Shown here piece by piece: positions 56,801 to 64,000 of a stretch of 64,000 nt of DNA. A program made the translations under genes and the position numbers. Source of the DNA: Kiritimatiellia bacterium (lineage in GTDB: Bacteria > Verrucomicrobiota > Kiritimatiellia > CAIVKH01). The stretch's first letter is position 1; each line of letters begins with the position of its first letter. The notes beneath the pieces are model-generated. The model saw nothing but the letters and a program-made list of their open reading frames with translations, had not been told where the DNA came from and did not search any database. The stretch is from assembly GCA_027493775.1 (NCBI GenBank), contig JAOSKE010000003.1, positions 269,761 to 333,760 of the forward strand, written 5' to 3'.

Positions 56801-59800
56801 GCTGTACACCACCTTCGCGCCGCCAAACGTGTCGCCGACGCTATAGGGCTGACCCTGCGAAGGCGGCGAAGTCGGTCCGTCGTTTTCGCGGTGAACAACC
56901 ATCACGTTGAAGCCCGCCGGCCGCGTCCACTGTACCCGCACCAGCTCTTTGCCATCCGCCGTCGCGCTCAACGCCGTCGAATCAGGGATGTTGGTCAGAA
57001 CCAACGTCACATTAACATTCACGGCATTCGATGCGGTGGGGCCGCCATCCACGGTAATCGTTCCACTGTTTGTTCCCGCGGAAAGTCCGCCGATGTTAAA
57101 CGAAATCGTCTCCTGCTGGCCGGCGGTCTCCGCCAGTTGCGCCGAGACCGGCGAAACACTCAGCCAGGAGACATTCGTCGTGATCGTGTAATCCAGGCGG
57201 CCCCGCCCGACGTTCGTGACGCCGAAACTCGCACTGGCCGGCGCCGTACCGACCATCGTCGTCACCGTGATGCTCGGCGGGGCTCACATAGGCGCCCGCC
57301 AAGACGCCCACACCCTGGACATCAAACGTATAGGGCGACTTGGCCGCTACACTGTTTGTAAAGACCAGCTTCGCCGTTCGCGTTCCTGCTGCATTCGGAT
57401 CAAAGCGGACCTGGAACGTTGTGGTGCCCCCGGCGGGCACAGAAGCCGCAGGCTGACTGACCACAATGAAATCCGCCACATGGGTCCCCTGCGTCACCAC
57501 GTTGTTCAGACTCAAGGAGGAGTTGCCGGCGTTCGTAATGGTGTAGGTTCGTACCACGTTAGACACATTCACGCCAACCGAGCCAAAGTCCGTGCCCTTC
57601 GCAAACGTTGGCGAGGTGTCGCCATTGGCAATCAGCGCGAGGTTGGTTCCCAACACCGCGACGTCCGGCGCCACCAAGACCGTCGTCACCGAACCGGTCG
57701 GCGAATAGCCGCTGTCGCAATATTCACCTTGCGCGACGACGCGGAAGTAATACGTCACCAACGCGGTCAATCCGGTGACAGAAGCACTCGTCCCACTGAC
57801 CGGCCGGGCTTCATACCCCGGCACAAAGGCATCTCCGCCGCCGTAGGACGTCCAACTGAAGTCATCAATATAAATCGTCACCGCAGTGCGATAGATCTGT
57901 ATCTTGTTCACCGCCGGATTGCTGATCGCAATGGAAATATTGGTTATGGATGTGCCGACGCTGAACGGAGAGCCCGGAGCGGCGCTAAAGGTTGCGCCGT
58001 CGTTCGTCGAGATGTTGATCTGAAACGCGCCGGACGCCGTACTCGCGCTCGCATAAAACGAAATGTCTTTGACGCCATTGCTCAAGGTCGGCGTAATCAC
58101 CATAGCGCCAGTCTGGCTGCGAAGCTGCAGTGAATAGGATCCGCTGACCTTGCCAGCCGTGCCGCGAATCACGCCATTCGCCTGACCCGACCACTCTCCC
58201 GTTGCGAGCGAGTAATTCGTGGTGGAGGTGTAGCCGGTAGGAAGCCCCGTTTCAAAGTCTTCCGTATCCGTAACGCCTTGTCCGACAAACTGCGCGTTTG
58301 TGCTGACATCCAACAGGTAATTCGTCGCGCCGGACGCGGAAGACCAACTGGCCGTAAAGTCAGTCATATTGGTTGCACTGGCCCAGATGGACGCGGGCGG
58401 CTGTGGACAGGTTGTGGCGCTCCCACTCGCAAAGCTGGCCGTGCGATAATTTTCCGCGCCAGCGCCGCCGTTGAAGTTATACACGCGAACGTAATACTTC
58501 GTTCCGGCAGTCAGGCCACTTAGGTTAACAGAAGTTCCACTGCCCTTATAGACCACATAGCCACTGCCCAGCGCGGTTCCACTGCCATACGTGGGGCTCG
58601 CGGTGTAGGTCGAGCCATCTGTCGGATTCCCGCTCAAATCGCTGCTCGCTCGGACAACAACAAGGACCTGTGTGCTCACTCCGGTCCAGTTGATGGTCAT
58701 GGAGGTTTCCGTGACACTCGTGAACGCCTGCAGCGTCGGCGCAGCCCCAGGCTCCGCGGCCATCGTGCTCGCGGACGCCGTCACGCCGGTGGAATAGTAG
58801 TTATTGTTAACGGAATAGAACTTGTAATCGTAGCCCCGATCCCCCGTCAGACCGGAGTCCGTCGCCGAGGTGCCCGACCCCTTATAGACCACTACGCCGC
58901 TGCCAATGCTCCCGTTCACGGAGTAGGAAGTGCCCTGCGACGGCTCCGTCCACGACTGCGACGTCAGTTTCCGCACAATCATCACGTCGTGGCTCTGCGC
59001 ATTTTTGCTCCACGACAGATCGATCATCGTCACCGGATTGCCGTTGTTTCGCGTCGCATTCGGGCTGGTGGGGCTATTGATCGGGTTCACCGTGAAGAAG
59101 TTCGTCGCGAAGAGGCTGCCGCCCGTGGTGCCCTCCCAACCCACGTCGGCGTAATAGACACACCCGCCGGTATTATCAAACCGGCCCGCATAGTACCATG
59201 TGCCCGTGGAGATGAAGACGTGCTCGTTCGTCTTGGAAATCCAGACGCGGTTGTTCACACCATCCATGCGCGACCAATCGGCACTGCGCCAGGTCCAACT
59301 GGTTCCATCTTGCGATGTGCCCACTCCATATTCCACCGTCCAGCCCGTCGTGTCGCGCGCGAGCGCAAATTCGTATTTCCCGGTCAGCGAATCGCCGAGG
59401 AAATAGGTGGCCAGCGGATTGCCTTGATTATAGAGCGCATGCCATTCGGTCGAACAGCCGGACGACAGCGTCGTGCCGTCGCCCGTGGCGCCAAACGCCG
59501 TCTCCACATTGACGCCATTTCGCGCCTTCACCTCAAAATAGTACGTTGTGGAAGACGCCAAGCCCGTCGCCGTCTTCGTGCCCCACGTGCTCTTGGTCGC
59601 CCAATAAGCCGAGGCGCCCCACGTGCCATCGCTTTGCAGATACTGGTTGTCGCTCGTTCGGCGAATGGCGAACTCCGTCGAACTCGGGTTGCTATTCTCA
59701 TTGATCGTCACATCTAGCGAGGACGCCGTCGCGTTGTTCACCGTCGGCGCGCTCGGTGTATTCGCCAGCGTCCACGTGTTCGATTCGTTGCCCAGCGCCG

Positions 59801-60794
59801 TTCCCACGCTGTTCTGCGCATAGGCGCGGAAGTAGTATCGCGTGTTCACCGAAAGGCTGCTGATCGTTTGAGTGAAGGAGCCCGTCCCGCTTCCGATTGC
59901 CGTCTTGTTGTCGGCAATGGTGACACCGGCTGTCGTTTTGTACACCACGCCGCGATTCGTCACCGACGCCCCGCCATCGCTCGTGACATTTCCGCCCAGC
60001 CTCATGCTCGTCGTGTTCGTCTCCGTCGCAGCCGCCGTCTGCACCGTCGCCGTCGTCGCCGCCGCATCAACCGACCCGCCGATGTCCAAGCCATATCCCG
60101 AGGTGTTGTAGAAACCCCAGCCGCCCGTTGACGTCCGCCCGCTCGCGTAGTAGCGAAGCGTCACGGTGTTCGTCGCGTCGACACCCTGCAGTGCCGTCAC
60201 GCCGGAAAAATCCCATGCCCGGTTCAGCAAGGTGCTGACATTTGAGGAGCCAATCAGCGTGAATGAGCTTCCGTTGAGACTATACGCCCACTGATCCGCC
60301 ACGCCCGGAGTAGCATAGAAGCTCGACGTGCCATTAAACTGCGCCACAATTCCGGTAACGGACAGCGTGTACCCCGACGAGGCCGAAAGCGTGACCTGAA
60401 AATAGTCGTTGTTCGCCGTGGAAATACCATTATTTTGAAAACCGACGGTTCTGAACGAATTCACGCCCGCGCTCGCGCCCGCCCCGCTTCCACGAGTAAT
60501 CACAGCGGAGGCATCCATGTTTGCATTGTACACGGAAGCCGTCCACGTCGCCACGCTGCTGGCTCCGCTAAAGTTCCATCCGGCAATTTGCGCGGCAAGA
60601 CCTGACGGCACAGCGACCCCGAAAAATATCGTCGCAAAAATGAAAAACTTCCAAGGGTTGGAAGTCTTGCGGCAAACGAGTTCCAAGGGTTGGAAGTTTT
60701 GCTCTGAGGGGTTACGCTGTTTCGGGATAGAACTCGACCGTGACCGCCCACGAGCAGTCAGCCCCCTTCCAAGTCTGACCTCCTGTACACTCAT
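44865..60794 (-). CDS. Giant secreted adhesin-like protein (~5,300 aa) with FN3, choice-of-anchor-D-like, BACON-like and acidic cadherin-like repeats; seven apparent frameshifts
   Basis: ORFs 57096..60794, 54725..57265, 53149..54732, 52815..53261, 46849..52818, 46092..46940, 45949..46755 (3' part) and 44865..46043 overlap and join in mid-domain. Only one signal-like hydrophobic stretch was seen (FFIFATIFFGVAVPSGLAAQ). Confidence 0.8.
60649..60695. repeat. Pair of TTCCAA-N3-TTGGAA palindromes, 32-bp spacing (locus C), inside the 5' end of the giant ORF
   Basis: ttccaagggttggaa at 60649 and at 60681. Confidence 0.9.
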
Positions 60795-61893
60795 CCCTAT
60801 TGGCCCTAACTCCTCTGCGACGCCTTCCCGTTCGTCGCACAGCTACCCACCAACTCCTCATCCATCCATTAACTATTACACTTACACTCGAGGCCGAGTT
60901 AAGTCTCCCGATTAATTTTACACATTCTTTTTCGCTCAGCACTCCTCAGAAAATCAGCTTTAAGCAAGATTCAGAACATGCAAAGTCGGGCCACCCGTGA
61001 TCCAACTTATCTTTCAGGTTCCATTCTGTGACAACAGCCCGTTCAAGCGCAAGAAAAAAAATTAGTGCTGAATGCTCTTCAATTCGTCTTTGTGGTAGGG
61101 ATCGCCCCACTGTAGCTGCCCCTGTCCCGCCATAGGCTTCGGCGACGGCGGACGCGCTTCTGTAGCCGCCCGCGTTGAGGGCGGTGTATAAACCAATCCC
61201 CTCACGAATTTATTAAAACCTCTGATGGTAGGGCCGGACCGCCCTCCATAGGCGGGCAAGCTGAGGCTGGCCGGAATGTTCACGATGAACCCAAACGTAC
61301 CTGAATTGGGATATTGCCCTTCGGTCGCAACCCCCACATCCCCAGCGGCGCGCCCAGCGGTCGCGCCCTACCAACCACAACACAATCGTGGGGAACGCGA
61401 CAAATCCCTTCCGCGCCCTTCCGCGTTTTCTGTGGTTAAAAAACCCTTCATTCCCTGCACTACATCTTTTGTGCCTTTTGTGCTTTTTGTGGTTAGAATT
61501 AAACCCCGCGGTCAACGCCCGCGGCTACAGCATTGAGAGCATTTAGTTCGCCGTAATCTCTGTAGCCGCCCGTGCTGTAGCCGCCCGCGTTGAGGGCGGT
61601 GGATAAACCAATCCCCTCACGAATTTATTAAAACCTCTGATGGTAGGGCCGGACCGCCCTCCATAGGCGGGCAAGCTGAGGCTGGCCGGAATGTTCACGA
61701 TGAACCCAAACGTACCTGAATTGGGATATTGCCCTTCGGTCGCAACCCCCACATCCCCAGCGGCGCGCCCAGCGGTCGCGCCCTACCAACCACAACACAA
61801 TCGTGGGGAACGCGACAAATCCCTTCCGCGCCCTTCCGCGTTTTCTGTGGTTAAAAAACCCTTCATTCCCTGCACTACATCTTTTGTGCCTTT

Positions 61894-63378
61894 TGAGCCT
61901 CCCCCGAAAAAGTAGACAGTGGAGGGTCTTAGCTGATAGTGAAAAAGCTATGACCACAACGACCAACCAAGCGAAAACGAGGCGTCATTTTGATGATGCA
62001 TTCAAACGCGATGCTGTTAATCGAGTCATCCGGACCAACAAGCCATGCGCCGAGGTGTCTCGCGAACTGGGTATCAGAGGCAATTTACTGGCCCGTTGGA
62101 AGCGGGAGCAGTTGGAACGGGCCGATCAGGCAATGACCGGAACTGATCAGATGAAGCCGAGCGAGTTGGTGGCGGCCTTAGAGGCCGCCCGTCTGGAGGC
62201 GGAAAGATCTGCGGGAGCAACGCGACATTTTAAAAAAGGCTTTGAATATTTTTCAGCCAACAGATGCCCAAAGGAGGTCGGCGATGAATCAACTGGCCGA
62301 CGAGTTTCCGGTGCAACGGTTGGCCGAAGTCCTGAGCGTGTCGCGTGCGAGCGTTTACCGATCCGCAGAGCCCGGTCCTCGTGCCCAAGAAAACGCCGTG
62401 CTGACGCAGGCCATTGACCGGGTGTACCAGGAGCATCAACAGCGATACGGAAGTCCACGCATTTGCATCCAGCTTCGTGCCGAAGGCATGAGCTGCGGTG
62501 AAAATCGTGTGGCGCGCCTGATGCGTGAAGCCGGTCTGTACGCGATCACCCCGCACCGCAAGGCGCCGCGAACCACCGAGAGTTCGCATGGTGGCCCGAT
62601 TGCGCCCAACCTGCTCAAAAGCATGGAAATAACCCATGCCAATCAGGCGTGGGCCATGGATATCACCTATGTCCACTGCGGGCAGGGCTGGGTCTATTTG
62701 GCCGCCGTACTCGATCTGTATCTGCACAAAATCGTCGGTTGGCAACTCGGCGATCATCTGGAAAGCAGCCTGGTCACCGAGGCCTTGCAGATGGCCGCCC
62801 AACGCCAAGGCTGGCCGACCGGCGTGGTGGGTCCACTCCGATCGGGGTAGCCAATATGCCAGCGAGGCATTTATTCAACGGACGGAGGCCTTCGGATTCA
62901 TTCGCAGCATGAGCGCCAGGGGAAACTGCTACGACAATGCCACCATGGAGAGCTTTTTCGGGGTGATCAAACGCGAAGAACTCAACCGGTGGGAAATGCC
63001 CGATCTGGCCGCGGTTCGCTATCGCGTATTTGACTATATCGAAACGTACTACAATCGGCGCCGCATCCACACCGCGCTGGGAATGAGTCCAGCGGCCTTC
63101 TGGAAAGGCAGTCGTTGCCCAAGACGCCTTCGGCGGAGTTTTCAGAGGCATCGCTTGCTCCCCAGGTCGGCAAGGAAAAGGCCGGGGAGATGACTCCCGG
63201 CCCCGACCTGTGGTCGCAATATCCACGTATCCCTCGGCGAGTTGCTCTCCAGCAGATGCCCGCTTGCGTTTCCGTGGACACCCAATCCATCCAGCAAACT
63301 GACATTGAAAACAACAACAAAGAGGAGTACCCCACCAACCGTTAGACCCGACACTGTTCACAAATCGGGGGAAGCTCA
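61894..63378 (+). mobile_element. IS3-family insertion sequence (1,485 bp) with TG...CA ends and a 3-bp TTT target duplication
   Basis: Left end TGAGCCTCCCCCGAAAAAGTAGACAGTG; right end (reverse complement) TGAGCTTCCCCCGATTTGTGAACAGTG. Comparing with the uninterrupted cassette copy gives the TSD. Confidence 0.93.
61950..63193 (+). CDS. IS3 transposase OrfA/OrfB; AAAAAAG slippery motif at 62232-62238; additional apparent indels
   Basis: OrfA HTH (RRHFDDAFKRDAV..VSRELGI); OrfB RYGSPRI, WAMDITY, YLAAVLDL, HSDRGSQY, GNCYDNATMESFF, YIETYYNRRRIH. Confidence 0.92.
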
Positions 63379-63515
63379 TTTTGTGCTTTTTTGTGGTTAG
63401 AATTAAACCCCGCGGTCAACGCCCGCGGCTACAGCATTGAGAGCATTTAGTTCGCCGTAATCTCTGTAGCCGCCCGTGCTGTAGCCGCCCGCGTTGAGGG
63501 CGGTCTTAGCCCCGC

Positions 63516-64000
63516 TTACGGGTCAAACGCCTTGCCCGGCGGGGTGTAGTACAGCTTGTTTGTCCAGTAAATCGGATCCGGTGAACGACGGACGAAGATA
63601 ATCGCGTCGTCCGGCTCAATCACAAATGTCGCCGGGGAGGGCGCCGATTTATAGACGTTCGTATTGTAACCGCCGGGTACCAGCTTCCAGGCGTTATTCG
63701 CGGCGATATACCAGCGGGCGGCAGGTGTTTCAAATGTGCCGTTGCCGTCGTTCCGCAGGACACGAAGCTCGTCGGCAAATCGGAAGAGCACATCACTCGG
63801 AGCCTTCGACATTCCCGATCCGATCAATTTGAGATCCGCGAGTTTGACGCGGTAGGGATAACCCCAGCTCCGGACATACGACACATCTTGAGTGCCCATT
63901 TTGCCGGGGATCGTCATCACCACTTCCTGGGTCGAAACCATGCCCACGATCGGCAGGTTGATATCCGGCGAGCCGGACGGCAACTCGATCATGAAGCCTT
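63516..64000 (-). CDS. 3' end of a large secreted protein, paralogous to an internal module of the giant protein; 5'-partial
   Basis: FRFADELRVL...FVIEPDDAII...YWTNKLYYTPPGKAFDP* matches WRFADEIRVL...FVIEADDSLV...LWTMPLPYTPP encoded around 46730-47000. Confidence 0.75.
   Translation of the reverse strand, partial: GFMIELPSGSPDINLPIVGMVSTQEVVMTIPGKMGTQDVSYVRSWGYPYRVKLADLKLIGSGMSKAPSDVLFRFADELRVLRNDGNGTFETPAARWYIAANNAWKLVPGGYNTNVYKSAPSPATFVIEPDDAIIFVRRSPDPIYWTNKLYYTPPGKAFDP

Larger units (their letters stand above)
61161..63503. repeat. Two tandem copies of a 415-bp cassette built from several REP-like palindromes; the second copy is interrupted by IS3
   Basis: 61161-61575 is near-identical to 61576-61893 plus 63379-63479; a third REP copy follows at 63480-63503. 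Confidence 0.93.

Noticed and set aside
44865-60794. Programmed frameshifting or phase variation in the giant gene
   Set aside because: The junctions lack long simple-sequence tracts or a shared slippery motif, and similar breaks occur in housekeeping genes.
60950-61160. RAYT/TnpA-REP gene next to the REP cluster
   Set aside because: No ORF with an HUH motif was seen; the only transposase here is the DDE IS3 enzyme.
61062-61966. Small duplicated ORFs inside the 415-bp cassette (MGVATEGQ..., MFTMNPNV..., ...HKKHKRHK)
   Set aside because: They are largely translations of repeat DNA, their ends differ between copies, and no family was recognised. They are not excluded as sRNA or peptide sources.
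61161-63503. Tandem cassette as a CRISPR array
   Set aside because: The whole 415-bp unit is duplicated, including its 'spacers'; there is no repeat/unique-spacer periodicity.

Overview
A GC-rich bacterial chromosomal window. The style of its secreted proteins and dispersed repeats suggests a PVC-superphylum organism (Kiritimatiellae/Verrucomicrobiota-like); this is inference only. In order, it holds: the end of a pst phosphate operon (pstC-pstA-pstB-phoU) and a PHP histidinol phosphatase; a UbiA/DPPR-synthase plus GT-C glycosyltransferase pair; a DUF2130 gene with a TPR gene; a long minus-strand run of mlaE/mlaF-like/mlaD/TPR lipoprotein followed by SH3, M48 peptidase, CHASE2 adenylate cyclase and MBL hydrolase; tRNA-Cys; ettA; a PP2C phosphatase; tRNA-Tyr followed by a decayed defence islet (ISL3, an IS3 end remnant, a broken TIR gene and a BsuBI/PstI-type R-M pair); purN, hisG and an unannotated 32-aa bS22/mS38-like peptide; TPR, CsgG-like and site-2 protease genes; asd, leuB and tRNA-Glu; then about 24 kb of secreted surface-protein genes. 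These include one ~15.9-kb gene (~5,300 aa), and a 415-bp tandem REP mosaic carrying an IS3 lies between that gene and a paralogous gene at the window end. Many genes, including housekeeping ones, are split by single-base frameshifts, most likely assembly indel errors. The most notable observations are: (i) paired TTCCAA-N3-TTGGAA palindromes at exactly 32-bp spacing at three unrelated loci; (ii) an MTase-REase-TIR operon silenced by a stop codon and nested IS elements; (iii) the giant adhesin-like protein, in which a normally C-terminal module lies internally; (iv) co-varying GTAG-REP hairpins assembled into a duplicated cassette.
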